A DNA stretch of 63,237 bases, the filler included, from Hausera hauseri (lineage: Eukaryota): NCBI GenBank assembly GCA_046269625.1. It is 13 parts of 13 records of this genome, joined end to end, with 100 filler letters (N's around TTAATTAATTAA, not from the genome) between each part and the next. Parts side by side here need not be neighbours in the genome. Positions count along the whole stretch, not along the records: positions 49,454 to 53,959 come from JBJURY010550007.1; positions 54,060 to 59,025 come from JBJURY010375480.1; positions 59,126 to 63,237 come from JBJURY010753431.1; 10 more parts are not named here. One strand, 5' to 3'. The notes beneath the pieces were generated by a model. The model saw only the letters and a list, made by a program, of their open reading frames with translations, made no database searches and was not told where the DNA came from. A program made the position numbers and the translations under genes. Below, in pieces: positions 51,913 through 63,237 of the stretch (within the stretch, counting starts at the first letter, position 1; every line of letters begins with the position of its first letter).

Positions 51913-53689
51913 GTAAGTTTATCGTTTGGAAAATAAAATAAGTTGATGAACGTTTATTATTGTTTTGGGTATTGTGATGAAATTTGTGCTTATGATTAGT
52001 TTTGAAGTGTTGGGAGTTGACTCCGACGAAATATCACAATGATGCTGTTTATTTGTGTTATTGTTGGTTTGATCAACCATGCCCAGTGGGACATGACAAA
52101 TATAAATTATTTTATTGATGCTTGAATGTGAAAAATGTGTTTTGTGATATATAATCTTCAATGAATTAGTAAATGATTTCACTAGGGTAAACAGATCGTG
52201 AACTGTAAACAGAAAAATTAACGAAGGAAACTTCATTTGTCTGCAAATTCTGATCGTTTCCATACAGTGTATTTATGAAAATCGCACACTTACGATTATT
52301 TTGTTTTACCATTATAATGGTACATTTTGTTCAATTTAGCGTATTTGCAATAATAAAATATTTTTCTGTAAACATCGTTTCCGATAAAAATTGATGTGTC
52401 AGTTACTAATTATTGGGCTGTATTGTCACTGATTTCATTCAAAATTTTTTAGCACATCAGAGTAAATTGGAACACGTGGTGTATGAGCTGAGTAATTCTT
52501 TGTTGAACGTCAAACATTCACAGGAATATTTGGAAGTTCGTGATCGAGTTCACATGACAAGTATTATCTGAATTTGACAATTTTACCGTTGATTTCATCA
52601 TTTTAGCTAACGAAAACAAACTCACGGGTTGTTTTATGGGCAGCATTTGAAGCTGTTTTGCTTTTATCGATGACAATTGGTCAAGTGTATTTGTTGAGAT
52701 GATTTTTCTTAGTCTGCCGTGTCGTTTAAGATTGATTTGTACATGGTTTGGTAAATAAATGGTGAAGTTGAATTTCATTTGTTTCAGTTTACAAAATATC
52801 GTCTTATAAATCTTAGGTTCACAATGTTTACAAGTCGAGTATGTGTGTATTTTAGATTATTTGTTATAAACTTGATATTTGGACTGTAATAATTTATTTA
52901 TAACAAATATATGCTGAAATCCTTTTTTGGTGGATGCGACAGTTGTCTCATTATGTATCATAATTAATTACAATTTATGTATTTTCACGTGTATGATTTC
53001 ACCCAAACAAATGAATTTTTGATAATGACGTTGTAAACCACAATGTTTCACGAAAAATTCAATGCAAGACATCCTATTTTAAAATTTCGCAATTTTAAAG
53101 AAATTTGTTTTAAGGTCAATGCGATGTTTCCTTCTGGTATGAGCTGAAATGCTCTGTATAATACATTAATTTTAATCGATGAACGAAAGTTTATCCGTGA
53201 AAGTAAAAGAACAATATTTTCTTTTAATATTCAAAACCGTGATTAAATTTAAATGTGTCAAGAAATCAATATTTAACATTAATGGACTTCAAAAACAAGA
53301 TTTTTGTTTCTTATTCTTAGTTTTTTGAATATTTTTATTTTTAGTCATTAAATACCGAATGAAGTAAATAATATTTCTCACAGAAGTTAGCGACATACCT
53401 CATATCTTTAGAACATCCAAATTATAATTTCGAGTCAGTAGTTGAAAGCGAAAAGAATGTTAATGAGGATCATTATAGTAATACGTCACCCGGGTTTAGA
53501 GTTATCAGCGAGGTTTGTTGGGTTTTTCAGACAGCTTCTGATGAGTCGCCTGGTTGCGTGTGGTGTGTTCGTCGCTTATTAAAAGTGGAATGAGCGAGTG
53601 TCGATTCGATACTGTGGGTTTGATCCCCACCTGCTTTGATGCGACACTCATGCTGCATGCAATCGGGCACTCTCTTTCGAACTTGTAGG

Positions 53690-53959
53690 GTTTTATTGGA
53701 GTCGGGGTATCTTGGATTCACTCCTGGTGCGACTTGATACCGTTGCGGCAGGGATTTGGCTACGTATCGTACGTTCCGTTTCCGGAAGTATAGGCATTGG
53801 GGCAATACTTGTTTCCGTTTGGACCGGGGTTGAGTCATAGGCTACTGTAGTGTCCATATTGAATGGATCAATTCTTTCGTAATTGTCTCGAAGCTTGTCT
53901 ACTTCTGACATGCTTGGTACGTTTTGTTGGGTAGGTTCTTCCGTATCGGAATCATGATA
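53690..53959 (-). mobile_element. Probable low-complexity C-terminal tail of a Gypsy pol
   Basis: Ends SSRTRSESKIPRLQ*, similar to the TRSGR..P.RL integrase tail motif. Confidence 0.35.
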
Positions 53960-54059
53960 NNNNNNNNNNNNNNNNNNNNNNNNNNNNNNNNNNNNNNNNN
54001 NNNTTAATTAATTAANNNNNNNNNNNNNNNNNNNNNNNNNNNNNNNNNNNNNNNNNNNN

Positions 54060-55765
54060 AAACTTATCTGGCAAGTTGGTGAATGTAAAAGTCAATTCCA
54101 TGGTTCCTGCAACGTGCAACGGTTGATCATTGGCAATGAGAAGCGGTGGACAGGAAATCATAGTCAATGTAGGAACAAAGGACAAGGGAAGGAGCAAAAT
54201 GGCAGCTCTTGTGTCTACAAGGAAGTCGATATGTGAAGTATCTCTGCATAACAGTAGAGCTTTAAACAGAAATACTGCAGAAGCGGTGTTGAAACGGCCA
54301 GAAGATTGAGCGATATTGCCTGCGCAAGAATGTGCAGTAAAATCTGGCGGCATTATTAGTTTTTTGAAGGTTTTGGAGAAAAGGAAGAAGAGGAAGAAAA
54401 GCGAGGAAATTTATCGTTGTAATTTTTACAACCAGGCACACATGATCTAGCCTGTGACTCGAACTTATTGTGATAGGCGCAAATACGGTTGTCCACAGCG
54501 TACCGTTCGCTGTAAAACCGACAGCCCAAAAAGCATTTCCTAGCATCCATTCGAAATCGCGTGTGATAGAAGTACGTCATGCGTCCGCCAGGTAAAATGG
54601 ATCGAGTAGAGTATCTGGAAATGCTTTTCTCCCTTGAAGATCTGGTTTCACTTTGTCGAGGCCCATTAAGATTATTTACTTGGGTAGTAATGTCCGAAAT
54701 CGACTGCTATAACTTGTCAAACTGTTGCTGCATTATTTGCAATTTTTGAGTAAAAAATGTTGTGTCTGTAGTTGGAGCACATGTGGTTGCAGCCGCAATA
54801 GGGAGAGAACTGCTGGTATGAAGAATCCCAAAGAATTTGTCAGCCATTATTGCCAGTTTTTTGGTAGCAGTGGACTTGTCGAAAACGACGAGCAAAGCTC
54901 TGATTTAGGTACGCAAAGAAGATAAGAAATAACGGCGAATTAAATCCGCGTTATTCTTAGGTGTTACTTCTAGAGTGCTAAGCTGCAGAATGGCCGTTTG
55001 CAGAAAATCGGATGGCTTTTGGCTTCCTATCGCGTTGTCGTTAAAATACTCTTGTATTATATTGTCAATCGAAGGATCCGTGACATGCAGTACAGCTTCA
55101 CAGATTGTCTCGTAAGGTGTCGAAGATTGTAGCAGCTCGGCGATATTATTAATCTTTTGCTTGACGTTGGCAGGCAGAAGAATTAAAAGGCTATTGGCTC
55201 GCACAAACGAATTTGTGATGTTGTTCGATTTTAGACACTGTTGGTGGAATTGGAACCATAGTTTGCTGGAGTTGCTTTTATCAATGAAAAATTCCACACA
55301 AGGCAAATTTAACAAAGCGCGTGATTGTTGGGGGTGTGGCAAACGATAGACGTTGCCTGTATTCGTGGATTTATCATCCGAGAAAGATTGGTTTGAGTCC
55401 GATTTACCCCGAAGGCGAAGATGGAGCACCAGGAGGATGATGGGACGTTCGTGGCATGTGAAAGGCAAAAGGGAGTTGGAAGGATGTATTATAAGCCCCT
55501 GATATGTGAAATAGAAATCAGAAGTGTTACATGATGAGGACAAAGCGTTATATAAGAACTGTGCTGTCTCGTTGAGTGGAGCTTTTAAGGTTGTAATGTG
55601 TTGATTGTAGCTAAAGACCAGGAAAGATAATTGTAATGAGCTCATCCCAGGGGAATGAAGAAATGCACGGGGGGATTGGGCGGTTACCTTTTGGGTTAAG
55701 AAGTGGTTCGAGCGTACAGCCTGGATAGCGGTGGCAAGTATTGATTGTGATGAAAGAATACCCAA
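54060..55765 (-). mobile_element. Ty3/Gypsy element B: Ubl-Gag, tandem Zn fingers, -1 slippery site, protease
   Basis: LWFQF..LLPANVKQKI..TPYE..IGSQKPSDFL..YFLSSL..KLAIMAD; FYHTRF..ARKC..C and CAYHNKF..ARSC..C; A AAA AAC TAA at 54365-54356; FLVDTRAA. Confidence 0.9.
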
Positions 55766-55777
55766 GGTTTTTGAGCT

Positions 55778-56290
55778 TTAAAGGTTTTCAAAATTGAGAT
55801 TGCTGTTTTCCATCAAAGATTTTTGAGAGCGCAAAAAATAGCCGCACTGGTGGGCGCAAAGAAGTGAAGAAAACTTTACCCATCTGTGTCCGAATGTGGT
55901 TGCGCTGAACGCAGTGACAGTATCTTCATTGTGACCAAACACCGGCGGTGTGCTTGCAACATGGACTGATTGCGCTAAACTGGTGAGCACCATGTGAACT
56001 GATCTGTCTTTGCGGTAAGAGGATATCAGTGTTGGCAATGTCGGAAGATATTGGTGGACCCAGACCTGAGATCGTCCAGCGTTAGTCATTCTGCCTTGAA
56101 CGTCAAAAAATGGCGTAGGTATTTTACTCATAGTCATTTCCCTGCCTTCTAAACCACCATGAAACGCAGGAGATATGTGTGAGTTCCGGTGAGTAAGAGG
56201 TATCACGATGTGTTCTTTCGATAAAAATTGTTGAACTATGTCCGGAAGCTTATGAGACAAAGATTTTGAATAATCACACACATAAGACAT
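55778..56290 (-). CDS. Unassigned 170-aa ORF between the BIG fragment and element B
   Basis: Open frame only; no family recognised. Confidence 0.25.
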   Translation of the reverse strand: MSYVCDYSKSLSHKLPDIVQQFLSKEHIVIPLTHRNSHISPAFHGGLEGREMTMSKIPTPFFDVQGRMTNAGRSQVWVHQYLPTLPTLISSYRKDRSVHMVLTSLAQSVHVASTPPVFGHNEDTVTAFSATTFGHRWVKFSSLLCAHQCGYFLRSQKSLMENSNLNFENL

Positions 56291-56814
56291 GTTAAGCCAT
56301 GGCCACTCATTAAATAATCCAAGTTTTTCAGTCGTTATCGGACTACTGTTCTTAATAGTTTAGGGAGTAGGACATGCACCTCAATCACCTCATTCGTGCT
56401 GTCGGTTAGTGAATTTGTTGTTGATTCGCCCTTAATTCGTGGTGAAATATTTTTGTCACTGTCCATTTTCGACTTCGTTACTCGATCATTCTCGGCTTCA
56501 CTCTCCTTTTTAACGTCACTTATAATCTGTGAATTCTTTTTTGGCCTACCTCCCGGCTTCTGTGTGTACAGTTTCAGTATTTAAATGCTTCGGTGCTTTG
56601 GATAAAGACTCGGGTTCTATCTTTTTTATATTACAAACTTCACCAGTAAAATCCGTATTTGAGCACTTCAATCTTATTGAAAAAGTATTACTTTCTTTTA
56701 ATTTGCAGCGCCTCAACTTTGGTCCAGGACAATTTAGAATTGTCGAGCTTATTGTCGAACCACTGTCTCCAGAAACACGACGTACAAACACAAGTGGAGA
56801 CGACATAGGTAAAA

Positions 56815-58130
56815 GTTCATCTTTGCTCACCTGGCATAGAGCTTTGACATAGTCACCAATCGCGTCTCCATCTAGTCGGACAGAACCAGTAAAAACTTTA
56901 TGAACTACTACGATAACACTTTGAGAACCGGTTTCACCCATAACTTATTGAATTAAGGCGATATTTTTTGTCTATCAGCTAATAAAGTTGTTAAATTAAC
57001 TGCAGAGATCCCGTCCACATCCAAGAAGCTTGATGTAGAAGTTTTTGATACCTGGTTGCCAATATTTTGTATACTATCGGATTTCGTAATAGTTTTTTGG
57101 ATGTCAGCATTAAAAATCTTCTTTGAAAATATTTGAGTTGCACGACTGTCTTGAGGCACTTTTTGTGGTCCAGTACTACCGATCAATTGGGCTGATTCAA
57201 GTTAGGACATACACCGGAGTATTTCTAAACAGGAAGTTCCAAGATAATTCCCATCCGGCATTTTGTAGAATGTTGAGTAATAATTCGGGAGAGGACTTTC
57301 GAACCTAAATCATGTGATCTTGGATCGGGAATTCCGTCGGGGAGGGCTTTTATTGAGAGACGACACCGACTACGAAAAATAAGAAAAGCGTCTTTTTGAG
57401 TCACGAGCAAAATTTTTATGCTAAACAGATTGCGAATCGGTCATACTTGTCTCCATTGATTGACTGTCTAAAGACTCTTGACTTTCACCATCACACAGAC
57501 TCTCAACTTTCAATCTTAGCTTCGTCAACATTAGACAAAACGTTGTCAATTATTTCATCCACAATTTCACTAACCGCCTGCCATGAATATTCTTCCGATT
57601 TCGTTGTTCCATTATTATCAACTACCAACGTGTCTTCTTCGTCAATTCTTTCTGACACATCAGCAATACTTTCGTTTATTTTAATCACTTCCTCCATGGT
57701 ATCTTTTTCAATTTTATTAAAGATGGAATTGAGCATCTGAGTAAGAGTTGCTTTATCAGTTGTTTGGTTAACCTGATCTTTGCTAGCTAGATAAATGCCA
57801 TAGCATGTGCGGACCATGTTAATCAAATTATTTTCATGAACTTCTAAAGTTGGATTGATCACAGCTGTAAGTATAGCTTTAACGATTTGCAATTGTACAG
57901 CATCACTTGATTGACCGTTTTTAAAACGTTCACAAATGTGAGTAACATCTCGTTCAATCGATCGCTTTTTTGTTTCCATATACAGCATTGTTGGAAATGT
58001 GGCCAGATGCAATTAACTTTTGTACACAGTCCAGAGCAACAACAACTATGTTTTGTGATTTTGAAGTAAACGCTAATTCGAATGATTCAAAATATTTTGC
58101 ATTAGACATTAAATTAGCGACTTCGGAATT
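56815..58130 (-). pseudogene. ARFGEF1: Internally deleted BIG1/BIG2 (ARFGEF/Sec7 family) copy lacking the Sec7 domain
   Basis: DCB (FELAF..ALDCVQKLIASGH; VQLQIVKAILT..VRTCYGIYLASK..NQTT.KATLTQML), HUS start ([33 protein letters not shown]), then [14 protein letters not shown] and GETGSQSV..FTGSVRLDGDAI; frameshifts and stops. Confidence 0.88.
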
Positions 58131-59399
58131 TACTGCTGGAAGCACAGAACCGGTTCCATTTTCAAAAACTGATTTGTCATCGGATTGAGTTGTATTTTCG
58201 TAAACGAGCTCTGGTGTACATGTGACCAGAAGATTGCTTACGTTACTATTGACAGATACCGAATTTAAAGTAAAATCTGTGTACATCATTGGATAGCATA
58301 ATCCGAACATCTTGAGATAAACCGTCAAAATAGAATTCCACTTCGCTTGAATCCCACTTCTGACACCAATTGTTGCTGAAAAATCCAACGATATTAACAA
58401 CAGTTCTATTTCAATTCAATTACAGAAAAATTGATAATTACAAATCAATTCTTTTTACTATATTTTTTATCTACTTACAATGTTCACGATCAGAAACAAA
58501 TACAACTGTCTGTATTCTTGCACTGCCTGTTAAGAGAGAACATTATAACAATGTGAAATGACGTAGATTTAGATTTGAGCCGAACTGAACTGTCTGTTAG
58601 AAGGAACATTGTAGACGTGCGAAATGACATGTAACCGCCAAATGACTGATCAATTTAAAGCCTTTGATTTCCTCTCTCGAGCATATTCATTGGCAAAACA
58701 CATTGCAAGGAGTATTGGAATCACTTGATCGTGCTGTCTCACTGCAAGTCCAAATAGTCATTTGATTCAACCCATACTCACATAAACAAAATCACTAAAG
58801 AAACAAAAACTGGAAAAGACTATAATACAAGTATACAGAATTGTTAGAATTACATCTGCACGTAAAATTTTTGAAAGTGTAGACACACGGTGGGAAAAGT
58901 CCTCTCACTGGTCCGCTAACCCCTCCAGTGGGACAACTCTACGCACTACATCACCCACTGTGGCAAGATGAAGAAAATTACGAGAAAAAATAAATGGAAA
59001 TTATAGTAGGAAAAGAAGGCCTTGTNNNNNNNNNNNNNNNNNNNNNNNNNNNNNNNNNNNNNNNNNNNNTTAATTAATTAANNNNNNNNNNNNNNNNNNN
59101 NNNNNNNNNNNNNNNNNNNNNNNNNAAACAATCAGTCATGTATGTGTTATAAACATTATGTGTTATAAACATTATGTGTTATAAACACCGTGTATTTAAA
59201 CAGTCCCTTGAAGGTATATTTCTAAGAAACTAATATTAGACAAACAAATGAGAAACAAACATTAAAAACCACCAATCGCAGCAAGTAATTCTGTTTTTGA
59301 TACACAGGTCAACTCTATAAAATACAATTAATTACCTTAATGACCTACTTTAAGACAATCCTGGAGTGTTTTAGAGAGATTGCCAGAAATTATTATCAG

Positions 59400-59830
59400 C
59401 GTCTTTGTCTCAGTCCATTTCCACTGTAGTCTTTGGTCCGTTAAGAACACATACAATGATGTCTTCTCAACTCACTGTAGGTCTCTGTTCCATCTTTCAT
59501 GGCCACCATGGCTTTTCTCATCCTGCAGACATGGCCAACCAATCAGTTAAGGAAAATGGTTCGTAATTCTGTCTTGGAAAAGCAAAAAAGCGAACACATC
59601 TTTGACATTCTAACGTGAAGCTGAGGACATCTTCCCAATGTGCTTCCGGCAATCTTTTGGAGTTTAAGGAAAGATGGACACCTTTCCATATAACTCCATT
59701 GTACCGCTCGACCTGTTCGTTTTCGATGGGATGATACAGGGCTGATCTAGAAGGTCAAGAATTCTTGAGATTTGAAATGGGCTGTCCGATCATAGTGAAT
59801 CATAGCAGGACTGCCAAATATCTGAAATAG
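59400..59830 (-). mobile_element. Gypsy integrase remnant
   Basis: IFGSPAMIH.D, PYHPIENEQVERYNGVIWKGV..LPEAHWEDVL. Confidence 0.75.
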
Positions 59831-60424
59831 CGAAATTAAATTATAAACTACTGTTTGAGCCATCATATCTTCGTAAGGAAAAGCAAATGTAAATCGAAAA
59901 TATTCGTCGATAACGACGAATACATATTTATTCGGAGATATTGCAGGTTTAGGGTCAATGAAATCAATAGGTAAGCGATTGATAGTTTTATAGCTTTAAT
60001 GAAATGACGTGCGGGCCCTTGAAAAAATGCGCTTTCAGTTCGCAACAAGCACACTTTATTATCTTGTCTATTGAGTAAGATAGGTTGTTTATTGTGGTGT
60101 AGTGAATCATTCGGCGAATGCCCGGATTACGTAATTCGTTGTGAATATTTGACAATTATGGTTTGTATGATTTGGCACAAACGGGAAATAGCATCAGAAG
60201 AGGTTCTTTGGTCCAGAACCACTACTGATTTCGTAATTATAATTGTTGGGCTTTAGTCACCATCACAAATCTTATCATTTTTGCTTTACTGAATTTGTTT
60301 TTGTCGAAAATAAATCATTATGCTCTCNNNNNNNNNNCATCACAAATCTTATCATTTTGCATAATTTCCACAAAAGCGTTTATTTGTAATTATTACAATG
60401 AAATAAAGAAACGCCAATGAAATT

Positions 60425-60830
60425 GTTTTAATACTTGGTATTACTACCTTTGGCACTAATAACTGACTTAATGAGCCTTGATAGTGAATCAGTAAGCTTT
60501 CTATAATAGTTTGAAGTGATTTTTGTGTACCAGGACTCCACAATAATTTACAAAAATCTGTGACACTTGGGATTTTGAACGACTATAATTTTTTTGAATT
60601 CCATCCATAAATTCTTCAGATTTGAATCGGGACGGGAACCTGGCCAGTCCAGAAGACGAAGGTTATTTGCTCGAAACCATGCCATAGACCGCTTTGACAC
60701 GTGATATGTCGCGGAATCTTCCTGAAAATTCTCACATTTGTCTTTTGCAAGGGACGTGTGTAGCTTTTCTGTGATATATTCAATGTACTTCTTTGAGTTC
60801 ATTTTGGCATTTTTAGGAAGAAACCAGATT
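60425..60830 (-). mobile_element. Tc1-family transposase C-terminal fragment
   Basis: MNSKKYIE..FQEDSATYHVSK..LLDWPGSRPDSN..NLW..KSVISAKGSNTKY*. Confidence 0.85.
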
Positions 60831-60879
60831 GATTCTCTTTCTTTAGCTCTAAAACAAAGTGAAATTGAAGATGACTCGG

Positions 60880-62040
60880 TTCGTAATGAATTTGATCAAC
60901 ATGAGTTAAATGATTTGGCACGAGATTTGAGACCATCCAAAAGGCTTCAGAACTTCTCGTATCAAGACTGCACGAGAAAAATGTGCTTGAAAAAGGAACG
61001 AAGGTATCCTACTTTCGATCAAGAGAAAGTACATTTCTGCAGTATTTTCAAAGTGACGGTGGCCTTGTGCATTCCCATAACATACGTATTTTAAAGGCGA
61101 AATGGAAAATTCCAATATATAACGCAACTGAATGGCGATTGTTTATCGATAGCTCAAAGCGGATCTTGAAAGTGTCCTCCTCCACAATGATAATTTATTT
61201 GGTACAGTCCCCATTGACCATTCATTTTGTTTACGTGACGAGTATGAAGACATAAAGAGAGTCATTGGTTTGTTGCAATATCACAAGCACAATTGGAACA
61301 TCTGTGTTCGCCTTAAAATGGTCTGCTTCCTTGGTCAGCAACGCGGATACACAGAGTATTCCTGTTTTCTGTGTATGTTGGAAGCATAGCTCGTGGGAAG
61401 CATAGGGTGAAATCGAATTGGCCTCCAAGACCTGATTCAAACTTGTTGATCCAAACATTCTATGAGTCACTTGTTGACAGAAAAAACATTTCCACCTCTG
61501 CACAAAACGGTCTCATGAAGCAATTTGTTAAAGCTTTGCCTACTGAGGGAGACTGTTTCAAGTATCTCATTTTGACATTTCCTAGCCTGTCATTTGAAAA
61601 AATAAAGACCGGTATGTTTGACGGGCCACAGATTCGCCACCTCATTCAAGATGAACATTTCATCAGGCCAATGTCAGAACTCCAAAAGACTGCTTGGTTG
61701 TCATTCAGAAACGTTGTCAAGGACTTTCTTGGAAATACACGAGCACAGAACTACACTGAAATTGTCCAGAAACTTTTGGAGGCTTCCAAATGCTTGGTTG
61801 CAACATGAGCTTTAAGGTTCGTTTTCTTCATAACCATCTTTCTTATTTCCCGGAAAACCTTAGTGCAGTCAGTGATGAGCAAGGTGAACGATTTCATCAA
61901 GATTTGACGGTCATAGAGGCACGGTATCAGGGTAGATGGGATGTACATATGATGGCTGACTACTGTTGTGAGCATCCGGCATAATTATCTACAGGTTGAA
62001 CACTCCAGGAAAAGCTATAAGCGTCAATTTTTAACTCAAT
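60880..62040 (+). mobile_element. Chapaev3-like (CMC) transposase pseudogene
   Basis: ELNDLARDL, EWRLFIDSSKR, LKMVCFLGQQRGYTEY, GLMKQFVKAL, FDGPQIR, MSFKVRFLHNHL..FPENL.AVSDEQGERFHQD..RYQGRW..MMADYC. Confidence 0.88.
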
Positions 62041-62099
62041 GTGTATGCTTGATAGCAGAACTTTACTACTTGTATACAATTTTACTTACAGTAACAATA

Positions 62100-62750
62100 T
62101 TAGTAAGGTGAAAATGGCGGTTCTGTCTCACCGGGGGGGGTCGATAAATCGAGTGTACCCGGTGCTCTATCGATTGGCACATGTGCATGGCGACGGTGCT
62201 TTTTGGTTTTTGAATAATATCGATTCGAAAATTTACTGAAGAAGGTACATAGGCTTTTTAGGCACTAAGGAAGCAAAATTCGACAATACATTGAGCGGGA
62301 ACAGATAGGAAACCATGTATGGAGATTCCGAATATGAAGTCAGATATTGGAATTCGAAATGTTGACCAAATATCGAACTAAGCACTATTCGAAAAATCTG
62401 ATGACGTCGTTGGATTCCTCCATGTGTTAAAACCTCTATAACCATTTGAATTATTCCATGAAGATGTACTATATAGTTGAAAAATCAATAAAGCGAATTA
62501 AGCAAAATGCACATGTTATGTTCAATTAAGCAGAAATCGAAAAATCTTTAAGCGGGGTTGGATAGGAAACAATATATTAGGAATCGGAATATGACGTCAG
62601 ATATTCGAATACAACTTTCCGAATCGAATATTTAGTTACCCGAACTCGAAAATTCTGTTAAACGTAAATTATTCGAATCATTTGAGCAGTTCATTAGATT
62701 CCCCATATATGAAAACCTATAAAGAAATCAAATTTGGCGCGGTGCAGTTC
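62100..62750. repeat. Non-coding transposon-like subterminal repeats
   Basis: GATTCCGAATATGAAGTCAGATATT (about 62323) recurs as GAATCGGAATATGACGTCAGATATT (62581), with inverted variants near 62400 and 62690. Confidence 0.45.
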
Positions 62751-63237
62751 ATGTAATTAATACATTAAACATTTTGTTGCATCTATGCAGCACATTGGCA
62801 AGACAATTGCAACATGTAAACAAGTTCATGTAATTGATACATTAAATAAATTTGTTCTGGAATATAAACAAATGTGAAATACAGAATATGACATACATAA
62901 TGGATTTTATTGGTAATCTTATATCTGATATGAGCAAACTTTCATTGGATGATGCGCCACATGAAGATGTTGCAGAATATACACGTATTCAGTCAGATCA
63001 TACAGAAAATAAACACATGGATACAACAAATGAAACATAAGATAATGAAATGTATGAAGAATGTTGTGAAGATTGCCAACACAGCAATTGCGATGATGAC
63101 GAAATTGGGCTCAATATTATCGAAGAAAGTGACGAATAAAAATGATGGAGAAAAAATGACAGATTGTTAGTGTTGTACTGTTAATAAAGTTGTTGTATAC
63201 ATGTTGCCTTTTGAATTAAAAAACAAATCGGTAACAA

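Noticed and set aside
55830-55870. LLCAHQCGYF as an A20-type zinc finger
   Set aside because: The second Cys pair is absent; too short to support

Overview
This is not a continuous locus. It is 13 short (about 4-6.6 kb) eukaryotic contigs joined by 12 artificial 100-bp spacers (N44-TTAATTAATTAA-N44), so adjacency across a spacer carries no meaning. Most contigs are AT-rich animal DNA dominated by decayed mobile elements: Polinton/Maverick (adintovirus-like) integrase, ATPase and three pPolB copies; Ty3/Gypsy retroelements; hATm-, Tc1- and Chapaev3-like transposases; and tRNA-derived SINEs. Host-gene fragments include RABL2, membralin, BIG/ARFGEF, an adenylyl-cyclase-like membrane protein and a C-type lectin, several with 40-44 nt introns. 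Two exons look like teleost sh2d3c. Main leads: (1) two divergent Gypsy elements whose Gag carries an N-terminal ubiquitin-like domain ending in LCIRGG or LRLRG(K); (2) a Gypsy-type Gag running in one decayed reading frame through a long helical region into a chuvirus-type class III glycoprotein; (3) a Gypsy pol whose integrase runs into an FN3-like type I membrane protein, followed by a probably spliced and catalytically dead DEDDh exonuclease; (4) a spliced, virus-like early cassette (CRE repeats, IxCxE, RING, E1A-like CX2CX13CX2C) abutting a fish-like intron. All family assignments come from motif recognition by eye; no database searches were run.
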